Notes: generated by a model from the sequence alone, not told the origin. Counted from the first letter of the stretch, positions 37,206 through 48,956 are shown. The stretch is 64,000 nucleotides of DNA from Mantamonas sphyraenae STR306 (GCA_026936335.1 JAPMXV010000054.1:1-64000), one strand, 5' to 3'. Numbers and translations are program-made.

Positions 37206-38507
37206 AACTCCACAGTGTACAGCCAATGGACATCCTTTGACCAACCCCAGTCGCCCACCAGCTCCACCGGTGTGTTGCATTCCACCGCAAACACAGCATC
37301 TGCGTTTGCTCCATGCCAGCGCAGCCACTGGCACGCTTCCCCTTGCCTCTCCTCGATCGCCCTCACCAAAGCCGGCGTTTGAAGCACGCTATTCACGCTT
37401 CCTCCCCACGCCACAAAGTCCTCCATCCCCTCAATGTGCCCGGCAGCCACTGCTTCCACAAACGCCCTGTGCCGCTCTCTCCTCTCTGCAATCAGCTCGC
37501 CCAGTTCTCCAAACGGCACACCGATGTGGAGGCTGTGCAGGGTGTGGTTGTGCTTCAGTAGGGTGGCAAACGCCTGCAGTCCCTCGGTGCCGATCTCGTT
37601 CCCACTCAGCGACAACTCGCACAATCTGCTGTTTGTCCCGAGCGCATCCACAAGCGCCAGCGCCCCAGCGTCGCCAACCTCGTTGCGATCCAGGTCCAAC
37701 GACAGCAAGCTCGGGTTGTGAGCCAGGGCATGTGCCAGCTCAGCCACTCCTTTGTCTTTCAACTTGTTCGACGTCAAGGTCAAGCTCGTCAACGTTTCAC
37801 TGGCCACAATGGCGTCTCGCATGGCCTTGGCTGTATCTAGTCCCAGCAAGTTGTCGTGCAGAGCGATCATCTGCACAGTGGACGACTGTGCGAGCGCCAG
37901 CCCCAAGGCAACGCCAACCTCGTCGTCGAGGCCAGAATGCTCGAGGTCCAGGACTCGCAGAGTCTTGCTGCTGGCCACCAGGTCGGCCAATGCAAGTCCT
38001 CCTTCTTTGCCCATGTCGGTCCTCGACATGTTGAGTTCCCACAGGCTTGCAGCCTTCGCAGCAGCGGCCACCGCAACCACGCCGGCCGGACCCAGCGGGT
38101 TGGTCGCCAGCGACAGCTCACGCAGCAGCGGCGCACGCAATGCAACTGTGACGTCACATGTGTCTGAAAAAGAAATCGAGTTGAGCTCCAGGTTGAGTCT
38201 CTGCAGCGACGGACACTCGGCGACCGCGTTTGCGAGCGCCATCACGCTGGCTCCAGCGATGTGTTCGCAGTTTAGACAGATCACACGGAGCGAGGTGCAC
38301 TCTGCGACAGCCATGGACAACTTTTCCATGGCATCCGTGCCCAGATGTTGGAACGCTATGTTCAGCTGCGCTCTCGAAACCGTGTCAGCAACCCACTCCC
38401 TGGACACACACACTGTGGCTTCAACGTACACTGCCCTCAGCGTCCAGCGCCTCTCGCAACTCTTCAACGGTGCTCTGTTGCACAACCTGCTTGGTGATGT
38501 TGGGCAT
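37037..38507 (-). CDS. LRR-ANK-F-box-like family member 8 (most divergent LRRs, young C-terminal cassette)
   Basis: Exon 1 MPNITKQVVQQSTVEELREALDAEGS, GTACGT donor, CTGAC branch, GCGCAG acceptor then LNIAFQHLG. The last ~55 aa are near-identical to member 7. Confidence 0.82.
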
Positions 38508-38587
38508 TCGCGGGGCGCTTTTTGAGATGAGAGCACGGGCGCCCGCGCATCCACACCTATTTTCCCCACCAGGAACAAACTCGCACA

Positions 38588-41126
38588 ATGCGTGCATACC
38601 TCGCTTTTCTAGCTATGGCACTCCTTGTGAGCACGTGCGTGGCCACTGTGGCCGCGGACGCCTCCTCTGGCCCGTCTACACTCGACCAGCCTGCACGCAT
38701 CGATTTTGGCTCGCAGGAAGACTCGAGCGGCTCCAGCTCTTCGTCTGAAGACGACGAGGCACAGACCCAACAACAGGTCATGGAAGCTGAGCAGCGCGAG
38801 CAGCAGCAGCAGCAAAAGGCCGCCGCACAGTCCTCGGCCACCGAGGTTTCCAGCGACGATGCCGACGCTTCTGCCGACTCGTCCGATAACGACAACGAAA
38901 ACGACGAGCCGGAGAGCAGCGACGACGATTCCGACGACGATGCAGACGCCGAAGAAGACGACTCTTCTTCCAGCTCCGAAGAGGAACTGGAAGATTTGGA
39001 CGCCGACCAAGTCGCCCGCATGCGCCTCTCACGGGCCATCGGGCAGCGCGCGTCAAAGCCTGTCATTGTGGCTGTCATTCCACCCAAGGTGGTGCGCCGC
39101 AAGCTCTTGTAGGTGGTCCTTGTGCTCGGGGTGGGACATGGGGCCTTTTTTTCGGCGCCGATTTTCCCTCTCTGCGCCCTCACCGCTGACACTTCCCCCC
39201 TCTTCCAGCGGAACCTGCGTGCGCCGCCGTCACTTGCAGCGTGTGAACCCGACGCGCCTGCTGAACTACGAGCATCTTGCATATCGCACGCACAAGGCGC
39301 GCCGTGAATTCGGCGAGCTGGCTGTGGCGTTTGCGCGCAAGCAGAAGGAGCTTGAGACGCAGGCTGGTTCTAAGCGTGCCAAGAAGCACCGCAAGTACGG
39401 CTTGATGCTCCGATTGGCTTCGCAGCGTCTGAACAAGGCCTCGCGATCGGTGATGTCGTGGCGCCGCATTGCCAAGGACGGCGTGCGTGGCCTGTCGCAT
39501 GTGGCGACCAGGCGTGGTCTGCTCTTTGTGGGCACAAATGCATTGGACATTGTGAAGCAGGAGATCGACGACGCTGTGCAAGGCCTGGCTGGCCTGAGGC
39601 GCTACGAGTCGCGCAAGTTTGAGGATGTGATGGACGACGGTTTCCGCTCGTGGGTGAGCAGCAAGGCCAAGGCAGCGGTGAGTGCCGCCTCCAGCGCTGT
39701 GCGCACAGGTGCACAGTATGCGGTGAGCGGCGCACGGGCTGTGGGCAAACATGTGGCCAAGAACGCCGCGTTTTACGGCGGCCTGGCTGGTGGCGCCATC
39801 GGAGGTGCCCTCGTTCCGGGAGTGGGTGCGACTGCAGGGGCTGCATTGGGCAGTGCTCTGGGAGAGTACCTGAAGACCGGCAATGTGCGAAAGGCGGCTG
39901 TGGCTGGTGCGCTGGCTGCGATTCCTCTTGACAAGGTGCTTTCCGGCGCCGGAACGCTGGCTGGCGCTGCACTCAAGACTGGTGTGGGCCAGCGCCTGGC
40001 AGGCAGTTTGCTTAGCAGTACGGTGGGCAAGGCAGGATCGAGCCTTGTGGCGCGCACGATTGCACGCACGGCGCCCGTGCGCGCATTTGTGCAGAGCACG
40101 ACGGGTTCTGCGGTGAAGTTTGCGGCCAAGACGGGTTTGGGCAAGTACCTGACGTCGACGGCTGTGTCGAGCCGCTTGGCTCGCACTGCGCTGCGTGGCA
40201 TCCAGTACGTAGCCACGCGCCGTCGTGCCCTGGGAGCAGCCAGTGCCCTCTTTGGTGGCACCATTGGCCAGTACCTGCCCAAGGATCTTGCCTTGTCCTC
40301 CATTGCCAAGGCGACTGGTTACGACCGTCTCACCTCCAACGCAGTGAACTTTGTGGCGCGCGGTTTCAAGTCTGCCAAGAAGTACGCAGTGAGCCCTGCT
40401 GCGCGCATCATTAGCCGCTACACCAGCAGCGCCAAGACGTACCGCTCCTCCTCCAAGAAGTACGCAGTGAGCCCTGCTGCGCGCATCATCAGCCGCTACA
40501 CCAGCAGTGCCAAGACGTACTCGCCGTCCAAGTCGTCGTACTCGTACCGCTCCTCCAAGAAGTACTCCTACAGCCCTGCTTCGCGCATCATCAGCCGCTA
40601 CACCAGCAGCGCCAAGACGTACCGCTCCTCCTCCAAGAAGTACTCCTACAGCCCTGCTTCGCGCATCATCAGCCGCTACACCAGCAGCGCCAAGACGTAC
40701 CGCTCCTCCTCCAAGAAGTACTCCTACAGCCCTGCTTCGCGCATCATCAGCCGCTACACCAGCAGCGCCAAGACGTACTCGCCGTCCAAGTCGTCGTACT
40801 CGTACCGCTCGTCCAAGTCGTCGTACTCGTACCGCTCGTCCAAGTCGTCGTACTCGTACCGCTCGTCCTCAAAGTACTCCTACAGCCCCGCAGCACGCAC
40901 GATCAGCCGCTACACCAGCAGCGCCAAGACGTACTCGCCGTCCAAGTCGTCGTACTCGTACCGCTCGTCCAAGTCGTCGTACTCGTACCGCTCGTCCTCA
41001 AAGTACTCCTACAGCTCTGCAGCACGCACGATCAGCCGCTACACGTCCAGCGCAAGCTCCTATCGCTCGTCCCGCTCCTCTTCCTCCTCCTCTCGTTCCT
41101 CGTCCTCGTCGCGCAGTGGCTGGTGA
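38588..41126 (+). CDS. Secreted precursor: signal peptide, acidic pro-region, cationic amphipathic and glycine-zipper segment, Ser/Tyr/Lys/Arg repeats; intron 39109-39208
   Basis: Signal MRAYLAFLAMALLVSTCVATVAA; D/E/S tract. GTAGGT donor, CTGAC branch and TTCCAG acceptor join ORF 38588-39112 in frame to the 38706-41126 frame. Confidence 0.82.
40370..41070 (+). repeat. Nested coding repeats of 78 bp (SSKKYSYSPASRIISRYTSSAKTYRS) and 27 bp (SSKSSYSYR)
   Basis: Directly visible tandem units. Confidence 0.92.
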
Positions 41127-41186
41127 TTGACCTGAACAACTTCCCCCCAACCCCCCCCCCCCCCACCCCACCCACCAAATCCCCTC

Positions 41187-43293
41187 ATGTTCTCTCGAGT
41201 TGCACGCACCGCACGTGTAGGCCTCCGAGCAGGCCGCACTGTAGCAAAGCTCTCCACACGCACCGCCTCCAGCACCCGCCGCACTCTCACCACCGTCAAG
41301 CACTCCTCAACCTCCATCTCTTCCGCCGACATGCGCTCCCGCACCTCCACCCTCCTCCCCCTTGCTTCCTCCGACTCCAAACCCGGCGCTACCGTCCTCC
41401 ACCGCGTGGGGATTGCCACCACCACCTCTGCCCAGCAAAAGATCCTCGACAACCAGTTTGTCGTCGTCAAGAAAATTGACGGAACCGAGCAGCACGTCGC
41501 CGGCCCTGCCGAGTACGCCTTTGACAAGAGCACAGACAAGAGCGTCACCACCCACGATCTCGTCGATGTTCCCGACAACCAGGTGGCCATGGTCATGACC
41601 CCGGGCCGCTCTCCGCCCATGCTCAAGCTCGTCCGCGGTCCGGAAAAGTACATGCCTCTGAGCAACGAGCAGACCCATGTCCTGCCCCTGCGCCTCGACC
41701 AGAAGCACCAATGGTCCGAAGAGGAGTTTCTCGACTACTGCGCCGTCCTCGACGCCTCCGTCAACGTGGACGCCGACGAGAAGCACGCCGAGTACGGAGC
41801 CCTCCTCGAGCGCTTCCCAAACTCCACCATCGGCATGGTCGGCCGCGTCCGCTCCCAAACTGCACTCGACAATGGAAAGATGAACGCAGAGAGTGGCATG
41901 CTCGTCAACAACCTTGCGGCCACCGCCGACGCCGTCGCCGCACAGCAAGGCGAGGACCAGGCCATGGCTGCCCTCAACCTCTACGAGTTTTGCGCCTTTC
42001 AGCTCACCCAGTCGGGCGATCTCCAGGGCGCCCTTGCCATCTGGGACCGTGCCGCAGCCAAGCTCCCGTCCTCTGTCCCGCCCAAGGTCAACCTTTCTCG
42101 CGGCGGCCTCCTCATTGCCCTTGAGCGCCACGACGAGGGCATTGCTGCCCTCGAAGCCTGTGCAGAGACTCCCGAATTCTTTGCTGCAGCCAACTACGCC
42201 CTCGTCAAGGCCCTCCAGGCCACAAAGCAGGACGACCGCGCAGACAAGCTCCTCGGCGATCTCGCCACCCGCGTCCGCGACACCCTCCAGTCTGCCACCA
42301 CCGACGACCTCAACCAAATTGAAAGTGCCCAGGCCAATGCTCTTGCCCAGGCCGTCTCCATTGCCGACGAGCTTGTCCGCCGCGGCGGCCGCGGCGACCA
42401 AGCCATCCAGGTTCTCGAGGTAAGGAACGATCCCACCGCCTCACCGCCTCTGCCCTCCTCCCTTCACACTCCATTGACCCTTTCCCTCTCCACAGACCGT
42501 CCTTGACAAATCCCCGGCTGGCCTCTACGCATTCTCCGCAGCCGACGGCGGCAGCGAGCTCTCTGTCAACGGCGTCGACCTCCTGGCCGGACTCTACGAC
42601 GGCAAGGGGGCCTACGACAAGGTTCTGTCCATGGTCGACTCTCTCCGCGGCGTCTTTGCCGACGACAGCGACGTCAAGCTGGACATGATTGCAGCCACGG
42701 CCCACATGAAGCTCGGCGACCAGGACGCAACCTACAAGACCCTCGAGGGTGCCCTGGCCAAGAAGGAGGCCCAGCAGGACCCATTCCTCACAGCCAGCCT
42801 CAAGTGCAATCTCGGCCTTGCCAAGACTCAGTTTGGCGACGACGATGCCGCTGCCGAGCAGCTTCTCGACGAATCCCTCGACACCCTCGAAAAGAGTGGT
42901 CAGGTGGCAGACCATGTCATGCGCGAGATGCTTGTCCGCCTCAGTGGCGTCCAGCTGCGCCAGCGCCGTCTCAACGAAGCCATTGCCACCCTCGACCGCA
43001 TCGGAGAGCCCCTCCAGGACAATGCTATTCTCCTTTGCAACCGTGCTGCTGCCCTGGGCGAGATGGGCAAGACCATGGAGGCCCTTGTGGATGTCAAGCG
43101 CGCCATCGACGTGGACGAGACTCTCCGCGCCTATCTCATCTACGAGTTTCTCCTCCGCGCTTCTGGCCAGTCCGAAGAAGCCGACAAGGCCAAAGCCTAC
43201 TACGAGAAGAACCATGCCACCCTCAAGGCCAACGAAGACCAGCTCATGGCCCGCATGGGTTTCGCCGCCGTCTCTCCACAGCAACCCCAATGA
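41187..43293 (+). CDS. TPR-like protein with a probable mitochondrial presequence; intron 42420-42495
   Basis: Arg/Ser/Thr-rich, acid-free N-terminus MFSRVARTARVGLRAG; TPR-like helices (NRAAALGEMGKTMEALVDVKRAI); GTAAGG...CACAG splice is in frame. Confidence 0.72.
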
Positions 43294-43376
43294 AAGCCCC
43301 CCCTCCCCCTCCAATCCCCCCCCCGCCCCTCCCTCTCCCTCTCCATACCCACACCCCCCTGACTCAACCATCCCAA

Positions 43377-44147
43377 ATGTCCCAACCCACCTCCACCTCC
43401 CCCTCCTCCTCCTCCTCCTCCTCCTCCTCCTCCTCCTCCTCCTCCTCCTCCTCCTGGTGGCCTTGGATCGCCGGTGCTATCGGCGCCTCCCTCATCGGCT
43501 ACACCGCATACAAACACTACTCCTCCTCCACCGCCAAACAAGCAAACAAGTCCTCCGATCCTTCACGTAAACCCCGCCCCCGCCCCCGCGAACCCAAAAA
43601 GGTCCCCGCGGGCATCCTGGCCTGGTACAAAGCTACTCCTGTGGACGAATACGAAGCACAGGAATCCCTACGCCTCGTCCAAGACCTCCTTCGCGCAGGG
43701 TCCCGCGCAGAGGCAAAGCTCCGCCTCGAAACACTTCTCGCACTCTACGGCCAGCACGCCAGCTTCATGCGCACCCTCCAGCCTCAGGAAGGCCTCATCG
43801 ACGCCTGTTGGTGGATGGCTCGCATCCAGGCCGCTCTCGGAGACATTCCCGATGCCGTCCGCTGGCTCGCCGCAGCCACCGACATGGGCGAGCGCCTCGC
43901 ACGCCACCGCCATGCAAGCGGCCAACCCGGCATGGCTCGCTCCCTCGCCCTCCACCTCCTCGACATGCTCACCATGGAGCTCGACCTCCTCTCCTTGGCT
44001 GGACTCGCAGACGTCCAACACACAACCACCTCCTCCTCCCGCTGGTCTCTCCGCGGCCAGTCCTCTGTCCAGCTCCGCAGTCCCTCCGACTACGACACAC
44101 GCCTACAACGCGTCATGGCCCTCCCTTGCTGGACGTTGTCTCCCTGA
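43377..44147 (+). CDS. Hypothetical signal-anchored helical protein
   Basis: Poly-Ser, then TM WWPWIAGAIGASLIGYTAY, basic flank and TPR-like helices, as in mitochondrial outer-membrane anchored proteins. Confidence 0.55.
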   Translation: MSQPTSTSPSSSSSSSSSSSSSSSSSWWPWIAGAIGASLIGYTAYKHYSSSTAKQANKSSDPSRKPRPRPREPKKVPAGILAWYKATPVDEYEAQESLRLVQDLLRAGSRAEAKLRLETLLALYGQHASFMRTLQPQEGLIDACWWMARIQAALGDIPDAVRWLAAATDMGERLARHRHASGQPGMARSLALHLLDMLTMELDLLSLAGLADVQHTTTSSSRWSLRGQSSVQLRSPSDYDTRLQRVMALPCWTLSP

Positions 44148-44163
44148 ATCAATTCCGCACTGT

Positions 44164-45675
44164 TTACTTCTTCTTCTTCTTCCCACCTGCGTTGTGCTTG
44201 AAGAACGCAATGTCTCCGTCCTTCATCACATAGTTCTTGCCCTCCATGCGGCACTTGCCTGCTGCCTTCACGTCACGCTCGCTTCCGTGCTCCTCCAGGT
44301 CCGCGTAGTTGTAAATGTCTGCGCTGATAAAATGCGACTCAAAGTCTGTGTGGATCACTCCTGCCGCACCGGGTGCCTTGGTGCCCTCGCGGATGGTCCA
44401 GCACTTCACCTCGTCGCTGCCCGTCGTGTAAAAGTGCTGCATGCGCAGCGTGTGGTATCCCGTCAGGATCACCTTGTCCATCGCGCTCACAATCCCCTCT
44501 CCCAGTCCCGCCAGGTACTCATCCCTCTCCTCCTGCGACGACATGCCCTGCAGCGTCTGCTCCAGATCGGCAGACAGCGGAATGATCGGTTCTCCATCGC
44601 TGTTCTCCTTGATCCACGCTGCCACCTTGCCCAACCACTTGTTCTTGCGCTTCACGTAGTGCTTGCTGCTCAGGTTCAGCAGATAGATCACAGGCTTGGC
44701 CGTCAGGAACTGCAGCTGGTTCAGGTAGTCCACCTCCGCTGCGCTCCAGTCGCCAAATCGGATCCCGGATCCGCTCTCCAGGTGCTCCACAATGTGCGTG
44801 ATCATGTCCAGCTGTTCCTTCTTCGGTCCCTCCTTTGCTCCGCGTGCCGCCTTTTCCACACGCTCCAGCTCTCCCGTTGCCCACTCCATGTCCTTTGCCA
44901 TCAGCTCGTTTGTGATGATCTCCAGGTCGCGCACCGGGTCGATGCTGTTCTCCACGTGGATCACCTCGTCGTCGTCAAAGATACGCACCACGTGGTAGAT
45001 GGCGTCCGTCGCCTTGATGTTCGACAGGAACTCGTTGCCCAGTCCCTCTCCATCAGCCGCGCCCTTGATCAAACCCGCAATGTCCGTCACCTGTCCCCAA
45101 CCCCATGTCAGTCTCTGCCCAGCACTCGCCTCCCCTCCTGCCCCATCCCTTCCTCGTGCCCGTTCACCCTTTCCCCTCCCTCCATCGACCCTTTGCCCCG
45201 TGCCAGCGGTCCGCCCGGCCATGCAATTTCCGCCCTCCGCGCGCCCTCTCTCTTTCTCGCCTCCCACTTACGTGCAGATACGCCTGTGCGCTCTTCTTCG
45301 GCTTCCACAGCTTCACCAGCTCGTCGAAGCGCGGATCCGGCACCGCCACTCGGCGTATTGGTCCCGCATGGTACACAGAGCACGCAACGTCAGCCCTTTG
45401 CCCTTTGCCCTGCATGCCCACCCGTCGCGCCCCCCACACACGCCTCTCGTCTCTCCGCCCCTCCCCTTCCCGCTCAACTTATTGTAGTTAGGTTCCTTCG
45501 TGCAGAATGGAAAGTTCTCCGACGGGATGGACATGTTGCACAGGCTGTTGAAGATCGAACTCTTGCCCACGTTCGGCAGGCCCACCAAACCGATCTGCAC
45601 GTGGTTGCCCGGACGTCCCAGCAGCACACGCTTCTCCTCGTCTCCCTTGTTGCCCTTCTTGCCCTTGGTGCTCAT
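44164..45675 (-). CDS. OLA1: Obg-like ATPase 1 (YchF family); introns ~45351-45478 and 45091-45271; possible upstream start at 45840
   Basis: [77 protein letters not shown]. Confidence 0.96.
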
Positions 45676-45904
45676 CTTCTGCTTCTTCTTGCCCTTTTTG
45701 GTGGCGAACCCTGCGCTGCGCACAAGCACTCCGCCCCAACCACCACGCCCACCCACCGCAACCTCCACCATCCTCGCCACACGGCCCACACTCGCCACTT
45801 GCACACTTGTCTGACGCCCTCGTGTCACTCGCCCAAACATGCCCGCTCTCCGTTTTGTCAACCCCGCGTGGTTCCGCCGCCGCATCCACCCCAACTCCGA
45901 CCCA

Positions 45905-48068
45905 ATGGCCAACCTTGCCTCCATGGAGCTCACCCTCCAGCTTTCCGTCCAGGAGTCTCTTCACCACGGCCTCACATCCAACGCCACCTTTCTCGCCGAG
46001 CGCCTCCTCGCCCTCGCCGACACAGAGGCCAACCGCCACGTCCTCGCAGACGCATACCACCATTCAGGCCTCCCTGCACGCGCCGCTTCTGTCCTCGCCT
46101 CTTGTACATCTCCCCAGAACCTCTACCTCCGTGCTCTTTGCCTCTTTGAACTCGCACAGCTCGACAAAGCCCACTCTCTCCTCGCCTCTGTCCACAGCTG
46201 CGACCAGCTCTGTGCCGACCCTTCCCTCGTCCCCAACGGCTCCTTCGGCCTCTATCTCCTCGGACGCATCGCACGGTACGCCATCTCCCAAGCCTTCCCC
46301 CACCGCCCACCGCCTCACACACGTCCGCATCCACAGCACACGCAATTGCGATCAGCAGGCCATTGCCTACTTTACCAAAGCCCTCGAGGTGAATCCTACC
46401 CTCTGGTGTGCATTTGAAGCCCTCTGCGAGCTCGGTACGTGCTTTTGGCGCCAAATCCGAATCCGCGGATCTTGCTCACACCCGCCCCTCTCTCCAGGCG
46501 TCCATGTTCAAACCTCCAACTGCTTTGCCCAGACACGCGTTGACCAAACCCTGAAAGCACTCGCCTCCCAGGCCGCTGCTGCCACCGCAGCCGCCACCAC
46601 AGACTCAGACGCAAACCCACAGGACGCCTCCGACTCTCCCGCCCCCACCGAGCAGCTCGACACCTCGCGCGTCCTGCCCATTTCCCTCTTCACCCCAGCT
46701 GCCTTTTCCGAACGCTCCTTTATGGAAAACTCGTACCAGGAGCTCGTGGAAGGCACGCCGGCCTCCCTGTCCAACACCGCCTTTGTCACCCCATCCCCAG
46801 GCGCCTTTGCCGCCACCACCACCCAGCTCGCCGCCCCGGCAGCTGTGGCCCCGGCCAAACGCAACACACGTCGCCTGTTTGAAGACACCTCCACCACACG
46901 CCTCGACCTCTCCTCAACCTCTGTGGAGGAGGAAAGCGCCACCTCCTCCTCCTCCTCCTCCTCCTCCTCCTCCACCACCACCATCACCACCGCCGCCGCC
47001 CCTGCACAGCTCATCACACACCCCACCTCCAACTCCCATCACATTAACAACTACATGGTCGGCGCCAAACATCTCCTGCGCCTTTTGGCGCAAATGGGCA
47101 CCGCCTACGCCCACGCCTGCCAGATGCAGTGCGCCGAAGCCCTCGACGCCCTCGATAGCCTCCCAGTCGTCCACAGGCACACCGGATGGGCCCTTGCCCT
47201 CCGTGGCCGCATGCTCTACGAACTTGCACGCTACAACGACGCACGCACAGCCTTTCTCGATTGCCGCCGCCGTGCCCCGCAGCACATCAACGGCATGGAA
47301 ATCTTTTCCACCGTCCTTTGGCATCTCAAGAAGGAAACTGAGCTCAGCTACCTCGCCCAACAGCTCATCGAATACGACCCGTCTGCTCCCGAGGCCTGGT
47401 GTGCCCTGGGCAACTGCTTTTCCTTGCAAAAGGAACACAAGGTTGCCCTCAAATTCTTCCAGCGTGCCGTCCAGCTCGACGACGCCTTCACCTATGCCTA
47501 CACCCTGTCTGGCCACGAGTATGCCGCCAACGAGGACTTTGACAAGGCCCTCAACTGCTACCGCATGGCCATCCGCGTCGACGCACGCCACTACAACGCC
47601 TGGTACGGCCTTGGCACCATCTACCATCGCCAGGAGAAGTATGAGCTCGCACAATACCACTTCCAAAAGGCTCTCACCATCAACCCACGCAGCTCTGTCC
47701 TCATGTGTTACCTCGGCATGACCCTCCAGGCCAACGACCAGATGCTCCAGGCCGTCCAAGCCCTCCAACGCGCCATTGAGCTCGACCCGGACAATCCCCT
47801 CGCCAAGTTCAAGAAAGCCAGTGCCCTTCTTGCCATGGAAGACTACGACGCAGCCCTCGTGGAGCTCCTTGCCCTCCAAGAAATTGCCCCGAAAGAATCC
47901 AGCGTCTACTTTCTCCTCGGCAAGATCTACAAGAAGCTGGACCAGCCCGACAAGGCCCTCCGCAACTTTCATTTTGCCCTCGACCTCGATCCAAAGGGCA
48001 ACGACCTCATCAAGAGCGCCATCGACAAGCTCGACTTTTCCGACGACGAGGACGAGGACATTTTCTGA
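45905..48068 (+). CDS. CDC27: Anaphase-promoting complex subunit CDC27/APC3; introns 46276-46336 and 46435-46497
   Basis: [10 protein letters not shown]-terminus, [50 protein letters not shown]. Confidence 0.96.
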
Positions 48069-48096
48069 ACAATGCAACTGCACTCCCAGCTCATCC

Positions 48097-48891
48097 TCAT
48101 TGCTCCACCTTTTCCTCACTGTCCCCCTTTTCCTCCTCATCCACCTCCTCATCCTCCACCAAAATCAACGCCTCGTCACACACATCCTCCCCGCTCACAA
48201 ACTCCTCGCCATCCAGTTCTCCATCACACCTGCGAAACCTGACCCCGGCACTGCGCACCCCAGCACGTCGTGCCACTTTGTCCACACTCCACCCATCCTG
48301 CACGCGCCCGACACCAAACACTCCCAAGGACACATCGACAAACAGCGCCTGCTTGGGCGCCAGGCGCCTAAACAGATACAGAACCTGGCCCTCAACCTCA
48401 TCGTCCCACGTCTCCTTTGCGACCAAACGAACCTCGCTTGCAACCTGCTCGGCCACGCTCAATTCGGTGTCGTCTGCAAGCTCGAGAGCTGCAAGCACCT
48501 CTGCTGCCACCTCCCGCACGCTGCACGGCTTTCCAAACACAAACGTGTGTCTTCCTCTGTACATGATATGCACACGCAGACACTCGCTGGGGTTGGCCAC
48601 CACCATGTGCACGGCAGCCCCGTTTACAGCGCCTTGCGCCCCGAGCGTCTCTTCTTCCTCCAGCACAACCCCACGGACGCGACCCTCCACCTCCATGCGC
48701 AGCTGGTACGATACGCGACACTCTGCAAACAGGTCCACACCCAGCGTGTCCACCACACGCTCGCGAAACGAGGCCAGCGTGTCGCTGCTGCGAAAGTCAA
48801 TGTCAAAGTTCTCCCCACTGAGGTCGTGCAGCACCAGCGCCTGCACACGCATGTCCCCTTCCTCCAACTCCTGTTCCGTGGCACTCGACAT
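48097..48891 (-). CDS. Protein with tandem ubiquitin-like (beta-grasp) domains
   Basis: LHDLSGENFDIDFRSSDTLASFRERV...LEEEETLGAQGAVNGAAVHMVV matches the Ubl pattern; further degenerate Ubl-like units follow. Confidence 0.55.
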   Translation of the reverse strand: MSSATEQELEEGDMRVQALVLHDLSGENFDIDFRSSDTLASFRERVVDTLGVDLFAECRVSYQLRMEVEGRVRGVVLEEEETLGAQGAVNGAAVHMVVANPSECLRVHIMYRGRHTFVFGKPCSVREVAAEVLAALELADDTELSVAEQVASEVRLVAKETWDDEVEGQVLYLFRRLAPKQALFVDVSLGVFGVGRVQDGWSVDKVARRAGVRSAGVRFRRCDGELDGEEFVSGEDVCDEALILVEDEEVDEEEKGDSEEKVEQ

Positions 48892-48956
48892 CCACTGCGT
48901 CCTCTCTTGCTCTGGGTACGCTTGCGCAGTGCGTGGCACTGCAACTCCTCCCCGCC

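Noticed and set aside
18763-38507. NLR (NLRC3/NOD-like) annotation
   Set aside because: The LRRs are of that type, but no NACHT or NB-ARC P-loop domain is present.
18763-38507. Integrated viral (poxvirus or giant virus) ANK-PRANC region
   Set aside because: The genes have a conserved spliceosomal intron and host-like composition; no viral hallmark genes are present.
43474-46149. Long antisense or alternate-frame ORFs (e.g. 891 aa here, 60066-62471, 26232-27779, 48278-50047)
   Set aside because: Shadows of real genes in GC-rich, codon-biased DNA; low-complexity translations with no motifs.
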